Shown here piece by piece: positions 14,601 to 28,799 of a stretch of DNA of 64,000 nt. The stretch comes from Lama glama. Taxonomy: Eukaryota. The stretch lies in assembly GCA_028534125.1 (NCBI GenBank), contig CM052825.1, positions 21,700,001-21,764,000 of the forward strand, read 5' to 3'. Position 1 is the first letter of the stretch. Every line of letters begins with the position of its first letter. The position numbers and the translations under genes are program-made. Below the pieces are notes generated by a model. The model was given only the letters and a program-made list of their open reading frames with translations. It did not search any database and was not told the DNA's origin.

Positions 14601-17600
14601 AACCCATGCGTTGACATGTGATTTCGCTTCAACTATGAGTCAGTTAAGACTTTTTTTTTTATTTGAGACAGATTTTTGTAGGGGGGAAAGTTTTCAGCCC
14701 TTTTCCTCACATAACCCCTGCAAAAGAAGCACTTGTATTAGTCGTGTTTGAGGAAGTTGCTGAGCATTTGAAATCTTACTAGGTGGGTTCTGCTCACTGG
14801 AAATTTAGGCCTGATGCTCTGTGAGGAGGATCTGCCCAATAAAACCTGTAATGTCAGCAGATCACCAGGGGAATGGGTCAACATGTTTAATATATTTAGA
14901 CTGACTGCAGAAGGCTTTCTACATTAAAACAAAGAACCTCTCAAATTAGGTTTAAAAAAAACCCTTCAGATTCATCTACATATTTTTTATAAGGGACACG
15001 CGTAAATAAAAACAATCCAGAAAGCGACAAAAAGTAAGAATGGAAAAGGGATGTCTGGGCAAGTGCTAACAGAGCAGAAGTACTGCAGCAAGGTTGGTGT
15101 GAGATAAAATAGCCTTCATGTTAGTAATAATTCATGTCATCTGCTTAGAGAGATGATAGCTATGAGTGCTTATGGGTATAACTTTGAAATATAATGAGGG
15201 AATAGTAAAGAAATATTGATAGAATATAAGCATAAATTGACAAACCCACGATCTTGGTGGGAGACCTGAATATATTTCTCATGAAACAGCAGATTAAGTA
15301 GATAGAAAGTAAGTATATACAGGATTTAAATAATGCAGTGAACAAGCTTGATTTTATAGATACATGTAATGAAGAGTACGCACGCTGAAACTTGAAAAAT
15401 CAGTTTGCAAGAGTTGATTTTAAGCCAGTCCACAAAGAAAATCAGAGATATGTTACTTCCCTCATGGGGAGATAACGTATTTAGACGTTTTTATCATGCT
15501 ATAAAGACTCAGAAAATATTTGTTCCTAGTAGTATCCGCTTGTGTGTGTTTTATCCTAGGAACTGCAGCAGTAGGGCACACGGATAAGATCGGGCGTTTG
15601 AAAGAACTCTGTGAGCAGTACGGCATATGGCTTCACGTGGAGGGGTGAGTGGAGGGGAGTTTGGCTCCACGGGGGCCCTGCACAGAGTGCCCAGGAAGAG
15701 CGGACATCCGGGTGCTCACTCTGTCATGACATTTATCACTCAGGGCTCTGTGGGTTGCAGATGACAAAATTATCCAAATTGGCTTAAGCAAGAGGAGATG
15801 TTATTGGCTCACATAACTGACAGGACTGGCCTTAGGCGCAACGTCAACCATGACTCAGCGTCTCCCCTTCCGCCCCCCTCGGTCACTTGGCTGAACTTCC
15901 TCCACGTTGGTTCCACCTGTAGACAGACTCTCCGATTATGGTGCAGAGTAGCTGCAGCCCTTCCAGCCACCTTTCCAGGTGTGTGTCCAGAGGGTCGGAA
16001 GCCCCAGCAGCAGTCTCATCGTGATCCAGTCACCGTGGCCAGAGAGATGTGATACTGGGATGGTTAGGTTATTTGCCCACCTCTGGAGCAAAGCCGTGGT
16101 CTCAGAGAGGAGATTGGAGTGGTTTCCCGGAAGGCTGTGGGAGCGCTGCTGAGAGCAGAGTGGGGAGGAGCCGCAGGGCAGCCCAGGTGGTCTGTTCCCA
16201 GCACGTCACACACGGTGCATTGCTTTTCAGTTCTGTCCCTCTGGGAAAAATGATGACTGGGAAATAATACCTATCAAAGATAGAACATGAGACACCCATT
16301 ACACTAAATAAGCAGAAGACATCCCCTGAAATGTATTTGGATTAAAATTCATTTTTGAGGTTTTCCTGAAATTTGTGTATACCACACTTTATGTTGCTGT
16401 TATAAAAGCTACCAACATAGCTGAAAGGCATGTAAATATATGTCACTTGGATTAGCACAAACTTTCTGGTTTTGGGTTTTTTTTGAAAGTACATATTTCG
16501 TGAATAAGCAGCAGTAAACAATTAGTTCTTAGATGTGTGTTTTTCCTTCCAGTGTGAATCTGGCAACACTGGCTCTAGGTTATGTCTCCTCGTCAGTGCT
16601 GGTAAGTTGCTGATCTACTAAATACTGTGTTTTTAAAAAGGAATTTAAAATCACTTAATCCCTTATGACTCTTCACGGTTTTTTGAATGGAGGAGGGTGC
16701 TGGGTTGGTATATCTTGATAGTCTAACAAGAAGTTGTTCTCTCTGTGGTAGGCCGCTACCAAGTGCGATAGCATGACCCTGACTCCGGGCCCGTGGCTGG
16801 GTTTGCCAGCTGTTCCTGCCATTACCCTTTATAAACATGACGATCCTGCCCTGGTAAGCTTGCTCCCACTGGGAGGCAGTGCGAATGGCTAAGGAACATT
16901 ATTGCTTCTGGGGGCAAGATACAAAAAAAGGAAAAATTGAAATTTTCCTTGATGCTCCTCTGTGACTTTTTTTCCCCCCCAAAATTTTTTTAACATAATT
17001 GAAACTATACCATATATCTTTTTCTGTTTATCTCCCCATACTTCCCCGTGTGTATGAAGAACTTTTTTATCACTGTATAATATTCCATCACTTAAATACC
17101 ACTATTTATTTAATAATTCTAAGGCTGTTTTTGACTTTTTGTTACTGAAATAATGAGCATCTTTCTGTGTTTCAGATTATTTCCTTAGACTAGGTTCCCA
17201 GAAGTGGAATTAATGATTCAGAGTATTTTAATACTTAAAACACATCATCCACATTGTCTAAAAGTTTATAATATGATACTTTTTTAAAAGCACAGTGGTG
17301 GTTCTTGATAGTGGATCAGTCAGTGATAGGCATGTACAAAACAAGCTTTCAGTGATTTTTCTCAAGTGCCTTGCTCAGGTGGTAATGGCCGGGTACTTGA
17401 GGATGCTCAGAACAGCCTTGGAAGGAGCTGCCTCTTGAATGGCTAAGAGGCTCTGGTTCTGGGATGTGACCCATCTGGATTTTCATCCTGGTGTTGCCAC
17501 ACCTTAGCCATGAACCCTTGGACAAAGCAAGGTCTCTGAGCTAAGTTGCTGAGAATACTTACCTCACAGAGTTGTTGGAAGAGCAAATGAATAATGCAAG

Positions 17601-20600
17601 CCAAGTGCCTGGCATAGCATCTGACACAGACTAAGTGCGTAGTAAATGGTAACTGGTTAGTTGTGCTGTGTGATTTCATTGGCTTTGATTAATAAACTCA
17701 TTTTGGCTCTTGTAGACTTTAGTTGCCGGTCTTACATCAAATAAGCCAGCAGACAAACTCCGTGCCCTGCCTCTGTGGTTGTCTTTACAATACTTGGGAC
17801 TTGATGGGATTGTGGAGAGGATTAAGCATGCCTGTCAGTTGGTGAGTGAAAACCTGAAGTTTAAATGAATCACAGATATTCCTTGACAAACACAGACAGA
17901 AAAATACTTCATCGATTTACTTGCCATCCAATACCTTGTCTGGATTTCCCTTCTCATAAGCAAGCAGATTAATTGCCCTGCATGTATAGGTTTCCTGTTC
18001 AAAGTTCTGGGAGAGACTGCTGGAGCTGTCCCAGCATTTGTGTTCAAATGAAATCAGATTTAAATTAATGTGGTGTCAGCATGCGATGAGAAAAGAAGTC
18101 ACAAGGTGACAGCCAAGGAGTGAAGAAGGATGCAGAAGCAGGGATAAACCGTCCACCTCACTGACTGACCCTTGACAGTAAAGGAATGTGATGGTTGGGG
18201 CTGGGGATAAGGATGGCGAAGATATTTTTAACACCAGCTGGCTGGGGTTCCCAAATTGCAAGGCTCTAGGGACAGTTCTTACTATGTATTTGAGGTGTTC
18301 TAATTGTGAAAAATGTATAATTATGCTGTAGTTGAGAAAGCAGTTTTAGAGCTGAGTTCTACCAAGTCTAAAGCATGTCGCCTTTCTGTACCTCTGATTT
18401 CTCACCTGTAAAATAGAGGTGATGATGTAATGGAAGATTGTTGCAAGGACTTAATGAGTTCGTACTTGTAAAGTTCATACTTGTATAGTAGTGCCTAATC
18501 ATTTAGTAAGGTATGCAGACAGGTTTAAAAATAAATATTTGTTTTAAATATATTGTTGGAATTGGCACTTCCTCATGTGATTTTTATGTTTAAGAAAAGT
18601 TAGTATTTTCTTATGACTGTAGCAGGAATCCTTTGGTTCATAATGTTAGGATAGTTCATTCTAACATTAGTTTCTAATGAAATAGAAACATTCTAAATGA
18701 AGTAGTTTCATTTTTACATTAAGAAATACTAAGATTTATATTCATTATGTTTACAGAAGCGTATTTTTAAAAACATTTCTCACTGAGCTGTTGGCTCACA
18801 TCTTGAGTTTTGGTTCTTTGGAAGGAGAAGCTTTCATCACCGTAGTAACTTAGTCAATTTGGAGAAGGTTTGGGTACTCCAGGGAGTTATTCAGTCCCCT
18901 TTGGCTTAGCAAGTGCAGGAAAATAATGACGACATTAACTACCAGACCCTTGAGATCTCTGCAGCTCTGGCATCTTCCTGCCGCTAACACTGTAGCTGAT
19001 TCACACGTTCCTGAGGACTTGACTGACGCCCTGCCGCTGACCCACCACTGCTAAATGCACGCGTGAGACCGCGTGGAGGGTTAGGAGGCGCGGTCTTCTG
19101 GGTACCTTCACGCCTGGTGGTCTGTATCAGGCCATGCGTTCCCTGAGCAAAAATCAGTATCCTCCTCCTCCCTCTATTCCTCCCTGCCATATCTTCATCT
19201 TCATGGGAAGCAGTTACAGAGCATTTACTCAGTGCCAGGCACACTGAAGCACTGTAGATGCGGTGTCTCATTTGATCCCTACGGCTTCACTAGATGGTAA
19301 GGTCCACTGATAAAGAGCTAGTTTCCATGATGGGTTTTCCAGTGTACAACTGTTAGTGACCCCCCGCCCCATGAGATTATATATTATCTTGTCCCCATGT
19401 CAGTGATGAGAGAATGAGGATTGAGATATTAACATGATGATGATGGTCATCCTCATCTATATAATGCCCACCCTGTTCTAGACACTTCACGTATGTCAGC
19501 TCATTTAAGATAAATACCATCAGTCCCCATTTTATAGTTGAGGTAGTGGAAGCAGAGAGGCTGAGGTGGTAAGTGGCAGAGCCAGGTTTTGAACCCATAC
19601 GTGGTTATTCCAGACTCCATGCTCCTGAGCAATTGTTAACAGTGCTGTGCACTCTCGTTTACCTTTGCTTTTCCTCCCAGGATCAGGTACTGTGCCTTGC
19701 ACACATTTGCGCTCAGTAGTTTTGGGGTTTTTTTTAAGGTATAATTGATAAAGAACATTACATTAGTGTCAGGTGCACATCATGGTTATTTGATGTTTGT
19801 ATACACTGTTAAATGATCACAGTAATTCTATTTAACATCCATCACCACACAGAGTCATGGAGAAGTGTTTTTTCTTGTGATAAGGACCTTTAAGATTTAT
19901 TCTCTTAACAGCTTTCAAATATGCAATACAGTATTAAAATTAAGACAGAGTTACCAACTATATCCGTAGTACATTAGATCCCTATGACTTATTTTATAAC
20001 TGTGAGTTTGTACGTTTCAGTCCCCTTCACCCACCCTCAGCCCCCTCCTCTAGCAACCTGTTACCAGTCTGTTCTCTGTAGCTATGAGCTTTGTTTTGTT
20101 TTAGATTTCACATGTAAGTGAGGTCATATGGTATTTGTCTTTGTCTGTAATATTTCACTTAGCACAATGCCCTCCAGGTCCATCCATGTTGTTGCAGGTG
20201 GCAAGGTTTCGTTCCATTTTATGGCTGATTGTTTGCCTTTGTGTGTGTACATATCACATCTTTATCCGTTCATTCATTGATGAATACTTACGTGGTTTCC
20301 ATGTCTTGGCTATTGTACATAATGCTACAGTGAACATGGGGGTGCCTGTTTCTTTTCGAATTAGTGTTTTCATGTTCTTCAGAATTGTTGGATTGCATAA
20401 TAGTTACATTTTTTAAGTTTCTGAGGAAGCTCCAAATGTTTTCTGTAGTGGCTGCACCAGTTTACATTCCCACCAATATGCATGAGGGTCCCTTTTTCTC
20501 ACATTCTCGAGAACACTCGCTATTTCTCGTGTTTTTGATAACAGCCTTTCTGGCAGGTGTGAGGTGGCATCTCATTGTGGTTTGTGATTTGCATTTCCTT

Positions 20601-23600
20601 GATGACTAGGGATGTTGAGCATCTTTTCATGTTTCTGTTGTCCATCTGTGTGTCTTTGGGAAAATATCCGTTCAGATGTTCTGCCCATTTTTTAATTGGA
20701 TTGTTTGGGTTTTTTGTTACTGAGTTGTATGAGTTTTTTTTTAATATATTTTGGATATTAACCCCTTATCAAGTGAATAGTTTGCATGTATGTTTTCCCA
20801 TTCCAAGGTTGCCTTTGTGTTTTGTTGATCCTTTCCTTTGCTGTGCAGAAGCTGTTTAGTTTGATGTCATCCCACTTGTTCAATTTTGCTTTTGTTGCCT
20901 TGCACTCAGTAGGTTTTGAATGAATGACCTGTATTGCTGGTGTGACAAATTCACATATGTCTCATCAGAGAAAGCTCTTCTGAACCACTGAATGTAACGT
21001 ATAACTGAAAGATTGGGGAACATTTGCAGATGTTGAAATGTCAAAATTGGCAGCTGAACTTAGAAATCACTGAGTCGCAGATAGCTTTACTTTATCTGCG
21101 TGAGATTCTTGTTTGCAGACCTGCAAAGACCCTCATGAAAACTGCTTCTTAATATACTGTGTCTGTCTAATGAAATTACATAAGCTATTTTTTTGTCATT
21201 TGCAGAGTCAACGATTGCAAGAAAATTTGAAGAAAGTGAACCACATCAAAATCTTGGTATAGTATATAATTTGATCTGTTTTAAAAGTAAATAACTTTTA
21301 ACTTTAGCAGCATAGAATGATTTTCTCCAGATTTTATGCCTGTCAGTGGAATTGTGGCAGCTCCAGAAAAACCACATTGTTTAGGAGAGAATCATGTGGG
21401 TACTGATGGCTTAATTATACAGTTAGCAGAAAGCCTAGAAATTTGCCTCATACACTGTTTGAACACCTGCAGTGCTTTTCATAAAATCCATTTGCAGTTT
21501 TTATTCTGTTAAAATTCAGAATTGCATGAAGAGGTAACAAACATCATTGACTTCACCTGCCCAAGGATTTTTAGAACACCCATCTTCCCGAAGTGAAAAA
21601 TCATTTTGTCTCATAGAGCGCTTTGGGCTACTCTTTCTGAAACCCTCTGACACCAGAGTAGTCATTTGTAGGAAGGGGAATAAGGCAGAGAAAAGCAGAT
21701 GGCCCTGCTTCTCTTGCCCTGGTGTCTTCCTGAAAGATACCAGCATCTGTCAGAGATTGCACCCTAAGGCCAGTAACTAGACAAGGAAGTGAGGATTTAG
21801 GGGGCTGATAATCAAGTATTAGTTCAGATTTGAATGTTTTCATGTTTTGCTTCATTTTAGAATTTCAGAAAATGTATAGGTCAATTCTAATTTAAACAGG
21901 GTCGCTGGTGTTTCTTTGACAGTTCTGCAGGGTACAGTCAAGTTTAAAACTAATGTTTGAGTTTATTTGGGGCTCATGTGAGTACAGGTTATTTCCACTT
22001 TCGTACATGGTTTGGTTTAAGCAGCTGTGAATGGGGGCTGCTCTGCATTGCCTTCTGAGTAGAAGCTTGGAGCTATTCAGTTGGCCTGAGTTGAAACTCA
22101 AGTCCAAGCTTGGAAGAGGAGAGTGGCCTGCTGGAGAAGCAGCGGGGTGAGTAAGTCAGGAGACTTGGGTTCCAGTTTCAGCAGTACCACGGGGGCCCTG
22201 TGACACTGACTCACTCTCTGCCCTCCATAAGCCTGTGAGCTCAGCTGTCAGTGAGGTGTGCTGGTTGGACTCCTTTGACTGCAAACAGAAATTTTTAGAC
22301 TGGAATGAGCACGCCGGGAGGGATCGAGGCAGTGCTGGGCCTGTGTACTTCCCGTCCCTCCCTTGCTCAGCCTGCTCGGGCTCCTCCTCACGTCCTGTCC
22401 TTCCTCATTCTCCTTCAGTCAGGAGAATCTGATGGTGCTAATTAATCACCAGTTGGTTTGGAACATCTTTGTAAGGCCACGTAGGAACCAGGCCTAACCC
22501 TGCCATGGCTGCTCTTCTCAGTAGGGATGCAGTTACTGGCAGACACTGTGAGGCATTGTGGCCTGCCAGTAATCTGTTGTCATCACCACCACCATCACAT
22601 CTGCTGTTTGTAAAATGCTTGCCGTGTCCCATACGTGGTCTTAAATCCCTTATATACGTTATTTCATTTAACCCTCACAAGTCTCCTTTGTACATGCTGT
22701 TCCCTCTACCTGGAAATACTGTTCCCCTAATTCTTCTCATTACTGGTTTCTTATCCTTTAGATCTGAGTTCAAATGATCACCTCTTCAGAGGGGCCGTCC
22801 CTGACTACCCACCACCACCCATCACTCTCTTGCTCTGGGTTTTTTTTTTCTTCATTGCACTTACTACTACCTAAAATCATGTTACATATCTGTTCATTGT
22901 CTGTTTTTCCCTGTAGAAGGCTTGTAAAGGCAGGGACTTTTGTCTGTTTTTTCACAGTTTTATGTCCTATGCCAAGCGTACTTGGCGTAGAGTAGGCATT
23001 CAAGTGTGAATAAATACATCGAATCTGAGTTGGACGCAGTGGTTGTTCCCTTTCACTGGTGAGGAAAGTAAGGCACAGACAGGTGAGGTGAGCGCCCAGG
23101 CTGCACAGCTAGGAGGCTGGGATGGACACTCCACATCCTGTATTCATAACCAGTGGCCATCCTATCTCAGGTCAGTTACAGGAGAAATTAATTCATCCTG
23201 CCCCCGTGGCTTGTTATGGAGGGCATATGAGATAATGTATGGGAAAGCAAGGTGAAGATTGCAGGGCGCCATAAAATATAAGTAATTATTAAATGTCTTT
23301 TTGCTCCTCGCCACAGCTTTCAGAGATACTGACCCACGAATCCTCACAGGAAGTCTCTAGGCCAGGGTTTCTATCTGCATTTCTGTTGCTCAGATTAGTT
23401 GTGTGTCCAGAGTCTCGTAACTAGTCTGGGCCAAAGCCAGGACTTGAACCCGAGAACAGCTTCTCTGCTGCGCAGTAACTCCTCCTCCAAGCCCCCAGGG
23501 CTGCTTCCCTCCCATCTGGACAGCCCTTCAGGAGCTCCTCTCGTCCCAGAAACACATGCCCTCTCGCCCGCTCACCACCACCAGCTCCGAGGCCTCTTGG

Positions 23601-26600
23601 AGGACCGGGGGTGGTGCTCGTGCCCTGCTTTACCGCTGCACCAATTCAGGTCTCGTCTGCAGCTGCGTTCTGAAAAGGCCGTTGTTTTCCTGGACTCTCA
23701 CCCAGCACGTGGATTACCCTCTAAAGTCAGCATATAAGGGGAAACTCACCATTGTCACCCTTGTGCCTGAAAATCCCAAATGCCTCCGTGGGGCAGTGAA
23801 CATGGTTCCGTGTTTACATCTGTGCTGACTTTGAAGGCTTTCTTGGGCTTTATAGTGTTCTGCCACTTCCACCATGATTTATCCACACGAAGACTTTTTT
23901 TTTTAAATCCTGCTTGGGACTTGTCTTTATTTAATGTGAGGACTCTTTTCCTGTTTTTTTTTTTTTAATTCAATGCTAAAAATTCAGTTTTTCAAATATG
24001 GCCTCTTTCTCTAGTCGTATGTTCTGGAACACCAGTTAGCTGCAAATGGAACCTTGTCATTCCATCTTCCATCGGTCTCTTGGACACATCTATCTCTCCA
24101 TCTCTGCTGCCTTCTAGGGCATTCATCCCTTCACATCCTTCTCTGAGTTCAGTAGTTTCCCCTTAAGCTGCATCTGATGTGCTGTTTCACCCATTCACAG
24201 CATTTTTCCTTTCGGTGACCTCTCTTCCATTTCAGGATACTCTCTTCAGTTCTTTTTCAAGTTATTCTCTCTTTTAAAATTATCTTAAAAGAAAAAAAGG
24301 TTTCTGGCCCTCTGCTTAGCACAGTTACGGTGGTCTGTTTCCGATGGTTGTTTCAGTGTCTCGGTTCTTGGGGCCACAGATCATCCTCTTAGCTGCGTCT
24401 GCTGACTCCTGCTCCCTGTGTGTGTAGATATTTTTCTGTTAGGAGCTAGATATTTTTTTTCTTGTGTGACTGGCCTAGTTCTGTTTGTTATGTTGGCTTC
24501 ACAACTTCAGGAGTCTTAACACCACAGAGGACATCGAGCCCGGGTGCGGTGCACACCTGACGTTTTGATTTCTCAGGAGAGAATTCTTTTCTCTCTCTAC
24601 AGAGCCTTAGGTAGAGTTAAGCTTTCTTACTGATGAGTGGGTTGAGTTTTTCTCTCTGTCTTTTCATAAGGAGTGTTTTTCAAGGGCCCTAGCTGTATGT
24701 AAACTCAGCACTATCCCTCACGTGGGCTTAAAAACCCAAGACCTCAGACATTAAAGCCAAGTGCCAGGTCCCATGTGTGCTCCCCTCCCCCCAGCCCATG
24801 AGCGCAGCGTCCTAATATTCTTTCTGTTTTCTCTCCTTTCTGGATTCGCCTTCTTTGTGAGCCTAGCAGTGATTTGAACTTCTCTTCGTTGTTGGTTATA
24901 TTTAATCAAGCATTTCAGGTTTTTAGAGTTGATGACGTCAGTGTTAGCTTGGTCCACCATGTTGCCAGAACCAGAATTCTACATATATGACCCTGTACAG
25001 CACTTCTTACACACACTGACATTTGAGACCACTGAGCTCAAAGAAATAAGAAACAGAAGACTGTAGAAGTCTTGGCACTCAAGTCATCCTGCCTTATCCT
25101 ACCTGAGAACAGGGGGGTGGGTGTAGAATTTTGTCACTGTTCCCAGTTCCTTCTTGGGCTTATTCCGTTCTCCATACATACTAAACCCCTCTAACTTTAA
25201 AGGTAGTAGGTTTATTTGTTTATGTGAAAAGTAAAAGAGATAATCGAGATGAAAGCACAGGAATTGGCTCAATAAATACTGGGCAGATTTGAATGCACGT
25301 CTTCCTTGATCATGAATCACATCCATTGCTCCCTTGAAAAGCTGAATAGAGAAGATCTTGGGTTGCGACTTCCATCTTTCCCGGCAGCACGTCCAGCTGT
25401 GGCCCTACGAGCGAGGCACCACATGCAGAGCCTTGGGAAACAGACTGGAAGACTAGAGCTGTAGCACTGGCATTGTCACGTGCTGAGTCACCCCCACTCC
25501 CCCCACCCCAGGCCCACTTCAGATGCCACAGTCTGTCAAGGGTGTTGCCGCTCCCTTTGTGTCCTGACCCCACGGTGAAGCTGATGGCCGACTGTCCGTG
25601 TGCTCAGTGGGGGGCGTGAGCCCACTGCTGGCTTATCTTAATGCAGGGATGTCTTTCTTCATGTTACGAAGTCTGTCAGTGAAGTCAGTTGTCAGATGCC
25701 TGTCCCAAATATAAGTACCGCGTCAGTGATTTTAGAAAATACACAGATGCAATTCTAGACTGTGATTATCCACATTGCCAGCAGGACTTGCATCCTGTTC
25801 GGAGAGTTTTACAAGGTGAGGGGCAAGTACTTGTTCCTTTTTATGAGTAGAAGAAGTTCCAGTCAGCCCTGCTTGTGGTAGCAACATTTCTGGATTCTTA
25901 AAAATTCTGACTCTCAACACTGATTCTAGCTTACTCCTTCCTTGTCGTCTTTGGTCTTTCATGTCAGACCCATGTTTATCTGTAATTATGCACGTTTCCT
26001 CCTGCTTTTTCATTTTCAGTGTGTCAGTGTCAGATAAGGTATTTCAGCCATCTATTCTCGGGACAGGCTTATAATTATTTCTAAGAATTTTACCAAACCC
26101 TTGATTTTTGTTTCTCTAGCAACTGAAATTAAGCTTTGAACTTTTTGTGTTTATTGAGCAAGTAAAGCATACGTAGCCTAGTTTTTGAGCTCACTGTTTC
26201 GTTTTCTAGGGGTTTGGGATTTCCTGTTACTTGGTAATCCACAGATTGCATTTTTCAGGTGGAAGATGAGCTCACTTCTCCAGTGGTGGTGTTCAGATTT
26301 TTCCAGGAATTACCAGGCTCGGGTAGGTGATTTTAAAAAGAGGGTCATTTTTCTCTTTGGGTTTAAGGGCTTTGAATTTTAAACTATTTCAAGTTAAATA
26401 GATACCCCAAAATGTTTTTGTTGCTAAACTTGCCATCATTTCAAAAAAAGTTTTATAATGTTCACCAAACTCCAGACCTGTTTGCCTTATTAACATTTGA
26501 CTGATAGTTTCCTGTGATTGACAGCAGTTTCCAAACTCCAGGCCCTGGACTAGTGCTGGAATGAAGGGCAGCAAGTCCCTTGTAAATCAAGTTGGGGGTC

Positions 26601-28759
26601 CTGCTTCTAGACACTTTGATTCAGTGGGTTGGATCCAGGAGTCTCTGCTTTTAAACGCTGTCCCCGGTGCCCGCTGCCTAGTCCGGGGCAGCCAGTCCCC
26701 TCTCACCGGACCTCTCACTTCGATACATTCCGCACACCCCGTCCCAGCCCGTTCTCCACATGCTGTCCCAGAAGCCTGTGGTGTCTTACTCTTCCACATG
26801 GATAAGGTCCAGGCTAGGGTGAGGGGGGATGAGGGTTCTAGCCTTCCTCTGACTCCCTCTTAGGTCCCTTTCCCTCTTGCTCACTGTGCTTCAGCCAGAC
26901 TGGTCTTCTCGGAGTTTCTAGAACACTCTGCTCTTTCCCAGCACAAGACCTCTGCTCTGGCTGTTCCTCTCACTCTTCTTCTGGCTCCTTCTCACCATTC
27001 AGGTCTCCACAGTATCCACCTCCTCACAGAGGCCTTCCCAGTCTGTCCCACCAGCCGTGACCCCCTCACGCAGTACCAGAGTGACCCCCCTGCTCTTTCA
27101 TGGTGCTAACAGCAACATAGGGGGATTTCATTTCTTCCTTTGTGCTGTTTCTTCAGTAGACTGTAAACACCAACATGACAGAAACCGCGTCTGCCTTTAT
27201 CTTAGCCATGTGCCTAGCACGGCGCCTGGCATGAGCAGGCATCTAGACCACGCGGAGAAAGGAGGGTAATTATGTTGGGAAGCCCAGCCGGCCTCTGGGC
27301 TCTTTGATTTCCCTTGCACAGTGCACAGTGCTTGCAGCCTAGTTGGTAACTTAGTTTTTTACACTTTGATTTCTTCTCAAAATTCCTTGAAAGAAAAACT
27401 TTTTAAATCAAATTAATTCTGTTTGTGTGAATGTATAGGTGTTATATTTTTCATAAGAATAAAAGGTGAAAACTTTAAATCCTCTGTAAGATACACATTT
27501 TTTAAATATTTTGAATGTAGTTAAAAAAAGCACAAACTTACTACCATAACCGTTTTAAGTGTCACTTCAGGAGGGTTAGGTCTCTCCCCAGAGTTGTACA
27601 GCAGCTCTCCAGAGTTCCACCTTGCAAAACTGAAACTCCATGCCCATTAAACACTGACCCCCGTCACTCCCAGCCCCAGGCACCCACCATTCTACTTTCT
27701 ATCTCTAGAAATGTGACTACTTGGTTACATCACATAAGCAGAACCATGCAGCGTTTGTCTTTTTGTGGCAGGCTGATTTCGTTTAGTTTAATGTCGTCAG
27801 TGTTGAGCACGTGACAGACTTTGCTTCATACATCTGTGTGATACTCCGTCATATGCACGGACCACATGTTGTTCATCCATTCATTGTGAGATACACTTCT
27901 GATTTCTGTAGCATTTGGGACTTTTCTCTTGGGTTGATGTTGGGAGCAGAGTGAAGCGGGTTGGAGGGTGTGTGTTTTGGTCAGCCGTGTTTCTGGGAGG
28001 TGAATCCTCTTTCCGTGTTTTGTGGCAGATCCGGGACTGAAAGCCGCCCCGGTGCCCAGCGTGGCCCCTTCGGCAGTCGGCCGGGAGAGGCACTCCTGTG
28101 ATGCGCTGAACCGCTGGGTAAGAACAGCTGTGCTGTGCTTTCTCCTCCACCCGGATGATGAGGACGCACGTGGTCGTGGCTGGGGAATCAGAAACCCCCA
28201 GGAGGAGCCCCCCATGAGGGCCCGGGGCTCCGTCCTGGGCTTCAGAAGCAGACCGCCGCCTCACGCACCGCAGGACTCCTGGCGGGTGCTGTCAGCACTG
28301 CTCCCCGGGTCTCCGCGCTGCTCTGTGAGGCTGCACCGCAACACGCGGAGCGTGGCCTGCGGTGCGGCCGCTTTGGAGCTCGGCTGAGCGTCTGTGGTGA
28401 CTGATGCCACAAGGCACAGGAGTCAGACCCCGCGCACCTCCGCAGTCTGGTGATGCGGAGCAGAGGCGTGCTGTGGCTGCCTTTTGACACTGACGTTATA
28501 CCTTCAGGATTTGAGTGTAAAGAATATTTTGAATAGTGCAAAGATGTTAACCACAGCAGTGTCAATCCTAGTGAAACATCAGACATGCCCAGCCGAGGGG
28601 TTTGGTGAATAGGTTGTGCTACATCCGTGCAGTGATGTCAGAAGAGCCACTATAAACCATGTAGCTGCCTTTTTACAGCAGAAAGGAAGCGGCCATGGTA
28701 AATTATTTTCTAAAATGCAGGTTAGTGCACAGCATAGAGAGTGTCATGTTTGAAGACAA

Positions 28760-28799
<40 letters not shown>

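Noticed and set aside
20135-20859. Hydrophobic ORFs that look like membrane proteins (also 5351-6603, 13396-14217)
   Set aside because: Antisense translations of L1 relics and T-rich intron sequence
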